A stretch of DNA of 64,000 bases, taken from contig CAVVCZ010000004.1 of the NCBI GenBank assembly GCA_963746845.1, positions 64,001 to 128,000 of the forward strand. The letters are read 5' to 3'. This DNA is from an uncultured Chloroflexia bacterium (GTDB taxonomy: Bacteria > Chloroflexota > Limnocylindria > Limnocylindrales > CSP1-4). This document shows positions 48,326 through 58,230 of this stretch, piece by piece. The position numbers were made by a program, and so were the translations under genes. The notes beneath the pieces are model-generated. The model made no database searches. It worked only from the letters and a program-made list of their open reading frames with translations, and was not told where the DNA came from. Numbering within the stretch: position 1 is the stretch's first letter; the number at the start of each line of letters is the position of its first letter.

Positions 48326-51126
48326 TCAGCTCGGTGCGGGCGACTCGGGTGTCGACGGATCGGCGTCGGGGTGGGGGTCGGCGTCGGGGTGGGGGTCGGC
48401 GTCGGCACCGGCTCCGACGGTGGAGGCTCCGACGGCGGAGGCTCCTCGGACGGCGAGGCGCTCGGGGCGACCGACGGCGGCGCGCACGGCTCGAACACGA
48501 GGTTGGCCGACGGATCGGCGGACGGCACCGCGAACGACGGGACCACCCCGCTCGGGTCCGGCGTCGGGACCGGGTAGCAGGTGACCGAGGGGCTCGGCAT
48601 CGCGCAGCCATGACCGACGACGAGCGCGCCCCACGAGCTGCCGTACGGCCGGAACGCCCCGTTGTAGAAGTACTGCGTCCGGCTCTGGTTGACGCCGCCG
48701 CGGATCCCGGCGCCCTTCTCGGCGCGGGCGATCCAGTCCTCGTCGGCGGTCATCCAGTTCCTGAACCGGTTCTCCCAGATGCCGTTCATGCCGAGGACCT
48801 CGACGCCGCAGGTCCCGACCGGCACGCTGTCCTTCGGCTCGGTGCCCGCGATGTACCACTCGGTGATGGTCTTGCCGCCCGCGGCGGGCTTGAGGCCGGT
48901 GAACGGGTCGATCTTCGCCTGGGTCAGCCCGGTCGGGACCGCGAAGTCGTTGATCGGCCACTTCGCCGTCGCCTCCTGGAGGAAGCCCTGCCACATGTAC
49001 GTCGTGACGTCGAGCGAGACGACGTCGCCGACGACCGTGTTGTCGCTGTTCCCGGCCCACGCCCCGACCGCGAGCGCGTATTGCCCGTTTGTCCGCCCGG
49101 CCGCTGACGGCGGCGCGATGTAGCCGTAGGCGTTGAGGTCCTTGGCGTCGTTGTTGGTCCCGGTCTTGAGCGTGGCCGGCCGGTGCTTGTCGCCGGGCCC
49201 GGTCAGCTCGAACCTGCCCCAGTACGGGTTGATGTGCGGATCGGTGTTGCCCTCGAGGATGTCCGTGACGATGAACGATGCCTGCGGGCTGGCCGCCTGC
49301 GTGCCGTCGGGCGGCACGTACGGCGGGATGACGTCCGTGCCGGTCTGGTTCTTCACGGACAGGATCGTCGTGTGGCCGATGTTCTTGCCGCCGTTCGCCA
49401 GGGTTCCATAGGCGGTGACGAGGTCGACCGGTCGGACCTCCTGGACGCCGAGCGCGATCGCCGCGCCGGCGGTCGTCTTGTCCGTCTGGAAGACCATCCC
49501 GAAGTCCTGGGCCCTCGCGAACAGGTGGTCCGGTGAGTTCACGATCGCGGTCTTGACCGCGGGGATGTTCAGGGAGAACTGGAGGGCACTACGGACGCGG
49601 ACGGGGCCGCGCTCCTGGTTGTCGGCGTCGGCCGGCGTGTAGCCGCCGCCGAAGTCCGTGGACGTGTCCATGAACATCGAGCCCGCGGTGATCTGCTTGT
49701 CGTCGATCCCGGTCAGGTAGTTGAACGGCTTGAACGCGGACCCGGGCTGGCGGAAGCCGCTGCCCACGACGTCGAACTTCGCCTGGAACTGCTTCGTGCT
49801 CTTGGGCGCGTAGTAGTTCGCGCTGCCCACGTAGGCGACCAGCTCGCCGGTCTGGTAGTCGAGCGCGACCAGTGCCCCGTTGTGGACGTCCCTGCCGCGC
49901 AGGTTCTTCATCCATGAGGCGTAGCCGCCCGGGATCTTCAGGGTCTTCGCCAGAGCCGCCGGATCCTTGCTGTTCGGGACGACCGCCGCGGCCTGGACCC
50001 ACTTCTCGGCCAGCGCCTGGAGCTTCACGTCGAGCGTCGTCGTGATCGTCAGACCGCCCGCCACCAGCTCGTCGCAGGTCGGCACGCCCTGGCCGCAGAG
50101 CTTGTCCGCGAGCTCTGCCTGGACGGCCCAGACGAAGTGTGGAGCGACCCAGCGCGGCGTGACCTGGGGGACGATCACGACCGGGTCGTTCTCGGCCGCC
50201 CGGAGCTCGGCCGGCGTGTACTGGCCGCCCGACTGGGGCGTCCGGCCGGCGGCCAGCAGCTCGAGGATCTGGTTCCGGCGCTGGACGATCGCGGTGTCCG
50301 GCGGGACCACGAGCTCCGTGCCCTTGCCGGAGGCACAGGTGTCCTCCGTGTCGTCCGGGCTCGGCTCGATGCACTGCGGGACCGCGTTCTTCACCAGGTC
50401 GTAGTTGGATGGTGACTTCGGAAGGGCCGCGAGGATCGCGGCCTGGGCGGGCGTCAGCTTCGAGAGGTCGTCGACGCCGAAGTACGACTTGGCTGCGGCC
50501 TTCACGCCGTACGACTGGTTGCCGTAGTAGTTCTGGTTCAGGTAGGCGGCGATGATCTGCTGCTTGCCCTGGACACCGGGGAACGCCTCGGTCAGGCGGA
50601 TCGACTGGATGATCTCCTTGACCTTCCGCTCGAATGTCCGCTTCGGATCCTGGACGAGGTTCTCGGGCAGCAGTCGCTGACGGACGAGCTGCTGGGTAAT
50701 CGTCGAGGCGCCGCGGCTGTTGCCGCGCAGGCCGTCGATCCCGGCCGAGATGATCGCGAGCGGGTCGAAGCCGGCGTTGTCCCAGAACGTCTTGTCCTCG
50801 ACCGCGGTCTGGGCGTCGATGACGATCGCCGGGATCTGGTCGAACGGGACGACGTCCCGCCGCTCCCCGCCGAACCGGGCCAGCTCGACCTTGCCGGTCC
50901 GGTCGTAGATGACCGACTGCTCCGAGAACGTGATCTTGTCGAAGTCGCCGACGGGCGGGAGACCGTCGGTCATTCGAGAGAAGGCCGCGACGACGCCGAC
51001 GGCGCCGAGGAACGCGATGATCGCGAGCCCGGCCCAGATCGCGAGGGCGATCCAGCCGGCGACGGACGGGGTCGTCCGGAGAGGGACGGCGCGGGCGGGC
51101 CGCGTCGGGCGAGGGGCGTCGTACAA
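48326..51126 (-). CDS. Class A penicillin-binding protein (transglycosylase/transpeptidase); frameshift near 48357
   Basis: VEDKTF, GASTITQQL, RKVKE, RQPGSAFK (SxxK), SLN, KTGT; Pro/Thr tail ending PSTPESPAPS*; TTG start after GGAG. Confidence 0.9.
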
Positions 51127-51351
51127 GCGTGAGCTCCGGGGACGGGTGGTCTGCGGAAGGATGCCATCGCCCGGTGAGAACGTGCAGGCGAGGGGTGGCG
51201 GTCGTCCCTGGGACGCGGTGACGGCCCGAGCTGTGGCGTTCCACGGTTCCCGCCGGTCCACCGCGGTTCGCCCGATGGCTCCGTCAGCCGGGAGTCGCTC
51301 GGACCGCTACCGTTGTGGCGAGTCGTCAACACAGCGGAGCAGCGAGGTGAG

Positions 51352-52458
51352 ATGGGCAACGCGGATCCAGGCAAACCGCTTCGCGGCCCGGGCGAACCGA
51401 CCCTCATGCGCGGGGAGATCGAGGCGATCCCGGCCGTTGTCGCCCGGTTCCTGGACGACGGGGCGGCCGAGGTCGGCATCGCCGCGGCGGCCGTCCGGTC
51501 TGCGGATCCGCGGTTCGTGGCGATCGTCGCTCGCGGCACCTCGGATCATGCCGCGATCCATCTGCGCTATCTGATCGAGACGGAGCTCCGGATCCCGACC
51601 GGGCTGGCGGCCCCATCGGTCACGACGCTGTACGGCACCGAGCTCCGCTGGCGCGGCGGGCTCGTCATCGCCGTCTCGCAGAGCGGGCAATCGCCGGACC
51701 TCGTCGCGGTCGTCGAGGCCGCACGCGCGGGCGGGGCGACGACCATCGCCATCGCCAACGACGCCCGGTCACCGCTCGCGGGGGCGGCCGAGCACGTCAT
51801 CGACTGCCGGGCAGGGGAGGAGCAGTCCGTCGCCGCCACGAAGTCGTACGTCGCGCAGCTGGCGGCCGGGGCCGCCCTGGTCGCCGCCCTGGCGCCTCGA
51901 TCGCCGCTGGCCTTGGCATTGCCGTCGATGCCGGAGGTCCTTGCCCTGGCGCTCGCCGAGGCGTCCTCCGCGGTGGCGGATGACGCGGTGATCGTTGCGG
52001 AGTTCGCCGCCTCGGAGCGCTCGATCGTGATCTCGCGGGGCTACGACTACCCGACGGCCCTCGAGACGGCCCTGAAGCTCAAGGAGACGGGACGGCTGTT
52101 CGCCGAGGGCTACTCGTCGGCCGACTTCAGCCACGGACCGGTCGTCCTGAGCGGGCCAGGCGTACCCGTCCTCGCGATCCGGCCGAACGGCCCGGTGGGT
52201 CGGGCCGTCGACGAGGGGATCGACGCGGCCCGGGCCGCGGGCGGGCGCCCGTGGGTGATCGCGGGCGCGGACGTCGGTGCCGCCGCCGATGCCGACGATC
52301 GGATCCTCCGACTGCCGCTGTCGGCGGATCTCCCCGATGGGTTGGCGCCCCTGGCGACGATCCTGCCCGGCCAGCTGCTCGCGGAGTCGGTCGCCCGCCG
52401 TCGGGGATTCGATCCCGACGCGCCCCCAGGGCTCCGGAAGGTGACCCTGACGCGCTGA
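51352..52458 (+). CDS. Double-SIS domain protein (GlmS isomerase-like / glucosamine-6-P deaminase)
   Basis: ARGTSDHAA, SQSGQSPD, VAATKSY, ETALKLKE, HGP, C-terminal PDAPPGLRKVT; no glutaminase domain. Confidence 0.88.
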   Translation: MGNADPGKPLRGPGEPTLMRGEIEAIPAVVARFLDDGAAEVGIAAAAVRSADPRFVAIVARGTSDHAAIHLRYLIETELRIPTGLAAPSVTTLYGTELRWRGGLVIAVSQSGQSPDLVAVVEAARAGGATTIAIANDARSPLAGAAEHVIDCRAGEEQSVAATKSYVAQLAAGAALVAALAPRSPLALALPSMPEVLALALAEASSAVADDAVIVAEFAASERSIVISRGYDYPTALETALKLKETGRLFAEGYSSADFSHGPVVLSGPGVPVLAIRPNGPVGRAVDEGIDAARAAGGRPWVIAGADVGAAADADDRILRLPLSADLPDGLAPLATILPGQLLAESVARRRGFDPDAPPGLRKVTLTR

Positions 52459-52504
52459 GATCGGGTCGCACGACGACCTCGCGACGCGCGTGTATCGTGG
52501 CCGC

Positions 52505-53182
52505 GTGATCGTCCTCACGACGCCGCGACTGGCCCGGTTCGGACGGCTCGCACGGCTTGCCGTGCTCCTGCTGTTCGCCCTGTTCGTCGCGCATGACGCC
52601 GTGTACGTCGCCCAGTACGGGTTCGGCGCCCGCTATGCGGCCGCGATGACGGCTGTCGGCCACGATGCGTGGTTCGCGCCGGCGTCGCTGATCATCGGAT
52701 CGATCGCTGCCCTCGTGGCCACGGTGGCCGTCCTGCGCCTCGGCCGCCTCACGATCCGCTCGTCGTCCGTTCCGTGCGCTGGATCCGCGTTCATCGACGT
52801 CGGTCCGAGCTACCTGCAGGAGCTGCGCTCGACGTGGCTGCGGCTGTTCCCGGCCGTCGTGGTCCTGTTCACGCTCCAGGAGAACGCGGAGGCCGCGCTC
52901 TCCGGACACCCGATCCCCGGGCTGGACCTCCTGTTCGGCGCGGGGAGTGGCCTGGTACTCCCGATCCTCGCGATGGTGACGTTCCTCCTCGCGGTCCTCG
53001 GCGCCGCCGTCCGGTGGCGGACGCGGGTGCTGCTGGCCCGAGCGAGGATCACCCGCCGCCATCCGCGACCCGCCGGTCGACGTGTCGCTCCGGCGTGGGT
53101 CGCCTCGTGCGCGGCGGTCGCGCACGAATGGATGCTCGACCGGCTCGACGCCGGTCGAGCGCCTCCGCAGATCGCCGTCTGA
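52505..53182 (+). CDS. 4-TM membrane protein with C-terminal RAPP motif; putative arrest-peptide leader
   Basis: Four hydrophobic segments with AHD, GHD.W, QEN.E and GH; ends GRAPPQIAV*; TATCGT 6 nt before GTG. Confidence 0.75.
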   Translation: MIVLTTPRLARFGRLARLAVLLLFALFVAHDAVYVAQYGFGARYAAAMTAVGHDAWFAPASLIIGSIAALVATVAVLRLGRLTIRSSSVPCAGSAFIDVGPSYLQELRSTWLRLFPAVVVLFTLQENAEAALSGHPIPGLDLLFGAGSGLVLPILAMVTFLLAVLGAAVRWRTRVLLARARITRRHPRPAGRRVAPAWVASCAAVAHEWMLDRLDAGRAPPQIAV

Positions 53183-53274
53183 TCGGGATCTGACCGGCGG
53201 CTCGGATGCCGCCGTTGGCGAGCGCCGCATGTCGGCGGTTCGCCGTGACTGTCCGCTGATCGCGGACCGGAGGT
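53161..53274 (+). promoter_or_regulatory. Putative SD-sequestering multibranch RNA structure
   Basis: GCCTCCG (53161-53167) pairs with CGGAGGT (53268-53274) and encloses four hairpins. Confidence 0.6.
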
Positions 53275-53281
53275 CATGTAC

Positions 53282-53885
53282 ATGTATCCATCGCCTCGGG
53301 CCGGCCGTGTCCGGCTGGCCTTCATCGCTGCCATCGGGCTGGCAGCGCTTGCCGTTGGCACGGCCGCCGCGCACGAGGAGCGCACGGTCGCCGGCTATGA
53401 CATGGAGGTCGGGTTCATCAATGAGCCGGTCTTCGTCGGCGACAAGAGCGGTCTCGAGTTCTTCGTCCACAAGGGCGACACGCCGGTCGAGGGCCTCGAG
53501 ACGACCGTGAAGGCCCAGGTCATCTATCAGGGCCAGAGCCGCGACCTGCCGATCTCGGCGCGCGAGGACGACCCGGGCGCCTACGAGTCGCAGTTCATTC
53601 CCACCGCCGCGGGTCCGTACACGTTCCACCTGACCGGCACGATCGAGGGGACGGCGATCGACGAGACGTTCACCTCGAGTCCGACCGGGTTCGACGAGGT
53701 CAAGGATCAGGCGAGCGGCCAGTTCCCCGTGCAGTTCCCGTCGCAGGCCGACATCGTCGCCGATGCCCAGGCCGGCCGGAACGCCGCGAACCAGGTGACG
53801 ATCGCACTGGTCCTCGGTGCCGCCGGGCTGCTCTTCGGCCTGATCGGGACCGGTCTGGCGATCTGCCGCGCGGCGGTCGCGCTGA
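53282..53885 (+). CDS. Exported YtkA/FixH-like protein, predicted N-terminal His after signal cleavage, C-terminal TM (frameshift near 53864)
   Basis: AAA-HEERTV, PVEGL, PGAYESQFIPTAAGPYTFH; ends AARRSR* in the shifted frame. Confidence 0.7.
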
Positions 53886-53890
53886 TCGTT

Positions 53891-55708
53891 GTGTCCATCC
53901 GCCGCGGGGTGCTCCTCGCGCTCTGGGCTGCCGTCGCGACCGGCTCGATCCTCGGACCGCCTCGCGGCGGCGGTCGCGGGCCACTCGCAGCTCGTCGCCA
54001 GCGTCCCGGCGGCGGGCGACGTGGTCGCCTCGCCACCGGCGGCCATCCTGCTGACCTTCTCGGAGCCGATCGATCCGGCCCACACATCGCTCGACCTGCT
54101 CGGCGGCGACGGGGCGGTCATCGCGTCCGGGCTCGGCTCGGTCGCTCCGGGCGACGATCACACGCTCCTCGCACCGCTGCCCGACCTGGCGACGGGGACC
54201 TACACGGTCAACTGGCGGGCGTTGTCGGCGGCCGACGGCCACAACACGTCCGGAACCTTCAGCTTCGGCGTCGGCGACGTCAGCCCGCCGCCGCTGTCGG
54301 CGGATGCCGGATCGGCCGGATCGCTCCACGCCGGCCACGACGCAGGGACGGTCCTCCTGGAGACGGAATCGCGGATCGTCGGCGATCTCGGCCTGATGGT
54401 CGCCGCGGGCCTGCCGGTCATCGGCTGGCTCGTCCTGCGCCGAACGGATTCACGGCGGGCTGGCTCGCGCCGCGGCATTCGGACTGTTCCTCGCGGCCGT
54501 GCGGCGCGGTCGGGATGCTCCTCCTCGGCGGGCCGGCGAGCGGCATCGACGTCGCGGCGTTCGTCGGGACCCACAGCGGCACGCTCGTCCTCACCCGGCT
54601 GGCGATCACCGCACTGGCCTGCGTCGTCGTCTGGTGGCTCGCGACCCGTCGGTCGCGAGCCGCGCTCGTCGTCGCCGGGGCGGCGGCCGTCGCCGGCCTC
54701 GTGCTCGTGGCGCTCGGCGGGCACGCCGCCGCGTTCAGCAGCGCGGCGCCGGTCGCGGCGACGGTCGTCCATCTCGTGGCCGCCTCGATCTGGGTCGCCG
54801 GCCTCGCGACGCTGGGCTGGCTCGCGATCCTGCCGGAGCACGCTCCGGCCGAGTTCGCCACCCTCGTGCCGCGGTTCTCGGGCGTCGCGATCGTGTCGAT
54901 CGGCCTGGTGAGCGCCACCGGGATCTACGCCGATTGGCTCCAGACCGGGTCGCTCCTCTCGCTCGAGACGCCGTACCAGGCGACCCTGGCCGTGAAGATC
55001 GGCCTGACGGTTGCGGCCCTCGCGATCGGCTGGCTGAACTACCGAGCGGCCGGTCGCGACCGGCGATTCGGCCCACGCGTCTTCCTCGAGGGGGCGCTCG
55101 CCCTCGGCGTCATCGTCGCAACCGGCATCCTCGCGAGCGGCTCGCCGCCGGGTCAGGCCGCGCCGATCCCGATCGCCAGCGTCGCGTCGAGCGCGCTCGA
55201 CGCGGGCAGCGCCGAGCTCGGGATCGCGCCGGGCCGGCCCGGTCCGACGCAGTTCACCGTGAAGCTTCCGACGGCCCCTGTCGCCGATGCGACCGTGGAG
55301 CTGGACCTGAGCCGGCTCGACCAGGCCGGTGAGACGCGCCTGCCCCTGCGGCCCGAGGCGGACCGGCTGACGTGGATCGCGCCGGGCGGCCTGCTGCCGG
55401 CCAACAGCCAGTTCGACGCGAACGTCATCGTCCGGAACGGCGCGGGCGTCGAACAGAGCCGGACCCGGTTCACGTTCGCCCTCGACGACGAGACGATCAT
55501 CGCGGGACGGGCCGAGCCCCCACTGGACCCTGTCGCGATCGTCGTCGCGGCCCTGATCGGGGCGGCTCTCGTCGGCGGACTCCTCCTGGTCGCCGGCCGG
55601 ACGCTGCCGGCGACGGACCGCCGGGCGGGACGCGTGGCGTTGCTCGGCGGGTCGGTCGTGTCGCTGGTGCTGGGGATTGTCGTGCTCGCCGGAGGGCTGC
55701 ACCCATGA
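53891..55708 (+). CDS. CopC-CopD copper uptake/resistance fusion (frameshifts near 53960 and 54500)
   Basis: CopC HSQLVASVP..LTFSEP..YTVNWRALSAADGH; CopD GHAA, HLVAASIWVAGL, RFS, TG, TPY..L.VK. Confidence 0.85.
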   Translation: MSIRRGVLLALWAAVATGSILGPPRGGGRGPLAARRQRPGGGRRGRLATGGHPADLLGADRSGPHIARPARRRRGGHRVRARLGRSGRRSHAPRTAARPGDGDLHGQLAGVVGGRRPQHVRNLQLRRRRRQPAAAVGGCRIGRIAPRRPRRRDGPPGDGIADRRRSRPDGRRGPAGHRLARPAPNGFTAGWLAPRHSDCSSRPCGAVGMLLLGGPASGIDVAAFVGTHSGTLVLTRLAITALACVVVWWLATRRSRAALVVAGAAAVAGLVLVALGGHAAAFSSAAPVAATVVHLVAASIWVAGLATLGWLAILPEHAPAEFATLVPRFSGVAIVSIGLVSATGIYADWLQTGSLLSLETPYQATLAVKIGLTVAALAIGWLNYRAAGRDRRFGPRVFLEGALALGVIVATGILASGSPPGQAAPIPIASVASSALDAGSAELGIAPGRPGPTQFTVKLPTAPVADATVELDLSRLDQAGETRLPLRPEADRLTWIAPGGLLPANSQFDANVIVRNGAGVEQSRTRFTFALDDETIIAGRAEPPLDPVAIVVAALIGAALVGGLLLVAGRTLPATDRRAGRVALLGGSVVSLVLGIVVLAGGLHP

Positions 55709-56364
55709 GTCTCGGTGCGATCGTCGGAATCCAGCTGGCGCTGGTCGGCCTCGTGGCTTTCGGGCTGGCGCCGCGGATGCGCCGGCGGTGGCCCGCGACG
55801 GGCGCCCTTGCGGCGATCCTGCCGAGCCTCCTGCTCATCGGCGGCATCGGCCTGGCCCTCGTCGACACGGTCGGCGGAGCCACGCCGGACTCGTCGCTGC
55901 CGAACCCTGTCCCAGCTACCGTGACCTCCGTCGACGCAGGAAACCGCCTGTATCAGGCCAACTGCGCGGCCTGTCACGGCGTCGGTGGGGAGGGGGGCGG
56001 ACCGCTGGCGAATACGACCCCGATCCTGCCTCCGTCACTCAAGGCCCACCTCTCCCAGCACACCGACGGAGACCTCTTCTACTGGCTCACGAACGGACTG
56101 CCGGGTGGGATGCCGGCGTGGGCCGGGACACTGTCCGAGACGGACCGGTGGAACGTGATCAACTACCTCCGGGCGATCAACCAGCCTGATGCCTCGATCG
56201 TCCCCGCATCCCTCGTCCCGTCGGCTTCCGTCGCTCCCGACTCGGCTCGCCCGAGCGCCGACGGCTCGAGCGGCACGCTGCTCGCGATCGTCGCCCTCCC
56301 GTCCGCCTGGTCGACGCTCCTGGTCGGGCTGCTGTCGGTCCGCTGGCGGCGACGCCGTCGCTGA
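55705..56364 (+). CDS. Membrane-anchored monoheme cytochrome c
   Basis: NPVP..YQANCAACHG..GEGGG, HTDGDLFYW, GMPAW; ATGA overlap with copCD. Confidence 0.88.
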   Translation: MSLGAIVGIQLALVGLVAFGLAPRMRRRWPATGALAAILPSLLLIGGIGLALVDTVGGATPDSSLPNPVPATVTSVDAGNRLYQANCAACHGVGGEGGGPLANTTPILPPSLKAHLSQHTDGDLFYWLTNGLPGGMPAWAGTLSETDRWNVINYLRAINQPDASIVPASLVPSASVAPDSARPSADGSSGTLLAIVALPSAWSTLLVGLLSVRWRRRRR

Positions 56365-56394
56365 ACCGCGAGGAACGCCGGCGAAACAGGATGC

Positions 56395-58134
56395 TCAGGA
56401 GCCGTCGGCCGGGACGGCGAACCGGACGACGCCGTCGGGATCCGTGAACGCGATGAACGTGTTCGCGACGGTGTCCCGGACGGTGCCTTCGAGATGGCCG
56501 GAGCGTGTCGAACCCGAGGCAAGGTCTCCCTCCTCGAGACCACCCGTCGCCGGCGAACGGAGCACGACGTCCTCGCCCTTGGATGTGATCAAGGTCCAGG
56601 CCGAGGGATCGACGTCGAAGGGGTCGGGACCGTCGTTCCGGTAGCGGACGTCGATCGTCAGCCGGGTTCCGGCCGAGGTCTTCAGACGATCGATGGATGT
56701 CACGGTGATCTCCAAGGACTCGCCATCGATCGAAACGGCGTAGGGCGCGCCTTCCGAGACGATGTCGGGGTTGCTGCTCGCCTGGCTTGCGGCCGGTTCG
56801 TCCGTCGGCAGCGGTGCGTTGTCCGGCGGCGACTGTTGGTCCGGCGACTCCCGCCCGCTGTCGGGCCCTGGGATCGAGGATGGACCGAGCTGGTCCACGG
56901 GGATGGACGCACGGCCCTGGCCGAGTGGCATGACGGCGGTGGCGGCGAGGGCGACGGCGACCACCCCGGTCGCGACACCCACGCCCGCCAGTGCGCGTCG
57001 GTCGGTGACCCGATCCCGGCCGACCCGGGATCGATCGAGGAGGAGCGCGGCGACGACCGTCGTCAGCGGAACCGCCGCGAGGATCCCCATGCTCCCGACG
57101 AGGGTCCGGATCACCTCGGTCGCGACCTCTTCCGAGTTGAGGGTGAGCGCCGCCGGCTGGTTGCTGACGATGATCGTCACGAGCAGCGGCAGGCCGACTC
57201 CGACGTACGCGAGGAACAGCGTGTTGACCGTCGCCGCGATGTGCGAGCGGCCGACGTCGAACCCGGCCCGGAACAGCCCGCGTCCGGTCGCGCCGTGCTC
57301 GACGAGCTGCTCGACGAGCCTCGCCTGGGTCACGGTCACGTCGTCGAGCACGCCGACGGCGCCGAGGATGAACGCCGCGAGCAGCAGGCCCCGGAGGTCC
57401 AGGCCGTTCCCGTCAGACGTCTGCAGGAACGCGAGATCCGACCCCGCTGAATATGTGAACGATGCGAGCGCGGTCGCCGCGGCGCCTAGGAGACCGGACA
57501 GCGCGAGCGATGCGGACGTGCCGAGGATCGCAGCGCCGCTCGCGCGGGACCACCCCTCGGTCAGCAGGATCGTGACGATGGTGACGACCGTCGCCGTCAC
57601 CACGGCCAGCGGCACCGGCGCGTAGCCCGCGATCACGAGCGGCAGGAGGACCTTGAGGATCAGGGCAATGGTCAGCCCCAGCGCGAGCAACGCGCGGACC
57701 CCGCGAACGCCGCCCACGACCACGACGGCGACCGCGAACAGGAGGACGAATGCGCCGAGCAGCGGGGCCCGCCAGCGATCGGCGACCGCGACGTACGGCT
57801 GGCCGCCGGCATCGAGCGTGGTGGTGACGACCACCTCGTCGCCCGGCTGGTAGTTCGCCACGATCTGCGAGCCACCCGGACCCTCGAGATAGGCCTGCAC
57901 GGTCTGACCTGCCTTCGGGCCATCCAGCAGCAGGACGTTGGCGTAGGGCGGTCGGAAGGCTTCGTCGGCCCGCGGGGGCACGATCTCGACGATCCGGCCA
58001 TGGCGGGCGTCGACGGCCTGGTTGTCGGTCGTCACGTGCGGGCCGATGTCAGGGATCAGGGCGAGCAGGAGGATCGCAGCGACCGCGAGCAGGGGCGCAA
58101 GGACGGCGCGGCTGAACGACGAATCGGACGTCAT
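56395..58134 (-). CDS. YibE/F family membrane protein with C-terminal extracellular Ig-like (DUF4352-like) domain
   Basis: GAVGVLDDVTVTQ, VGRSHIAATVNTLFLAY, EVIRTLVGS.G, then P/S linker and YRNDG..F..DP..WTL. Confidence 0.88.
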   Translation of the reverse strand: MTSDSSFSRAVLAPLLAVAAILLLALIPDIGPHVTTDNQAVDARHGRIVEIVPPRADEAFRPPYANVLLLDGPKAGQTVQAYLEGPGGSQIVANYQPGDEVVVTTTLDAGGQPYVAVADRWRAPLLGAFVLLFAVAVVVVGGVRGVRALLALGLTIALILKVLLPLVIAGYAPVPLAVVTATVVTIVTILLTEGWSRASGAAILGTSASLALSGLLGAAATALASFTYSAGSDLAFLQTSDGNGLDLRGLLLAAFILGAVGVLDDVTVTQARLVEQLVEHGATGRGLFRAGFDVGRSHIAATVNTLFLAYVGVGLPLLVTIIVSNQPAALTLNSEEVATEVIRTLVGSMGILAAVPLTTVVAALLLDRSRVGRDRVTDRRALAGVGVATGVVAVALAATAVMPLGQGRASIPVDQLGPSSIPGPDSGRESPDQQSPPDNAPLPTDEPAASQASSNPDIVSEGAPYAVSIDGESLEITVTSIDRLKTSAGTRLTIDVRYRNDGPDPFDVDPSAWTLITSKGEDVVLRSPATGGLEEGDLASGSTRSGHLEGTVRDTVANTFIAFTDPDGVVRFAVPADGS

Positions 58135-58180
58135 CGGGCGGAGCGTACTCCCGTGGGGCCCCGGACGCCCGGGGCGATAC

Positions 58181-58195
58181 TGAGACTCAGTCTCG
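58181..58195. promoter_or_regulatory. Fur/Zur-type 7-1-7 box
   Basis: TGAGACT-C-AGTCTCG between divergent yibE/F and zur. Confidence 0.7.
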
Positions 58196-58230
58196 ACAAC
58201 GACGGGCTAGCAGCCAGTACCATCCGCCTC

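Noticed and set aside
48361-48450. Short tandem repeats
   Set aside because: They encode the PTPT/PPSE low-complexity tail of the PBP
47518-51261. Apparent 1247-aa PBP-PxpA fusion
   Set aside because: A single missing base near 48357 explains it: the alternative frame gives a natural end PSTPESPAPS* at 48326, the linker is non-protein-like, and pxpA has its own -10 and ATG
51200-51351. glmS ribozyme upstream of the SIS gene
   Set aside because: No recognisable conserved core, and the gene lacks the glutaminase domain
53276-55708. 810-aa YtkA-CopD fusion ORF
   Set aside because: Chimera produced by indels; the CopC domain is in another frame and the first gene ends at 53885
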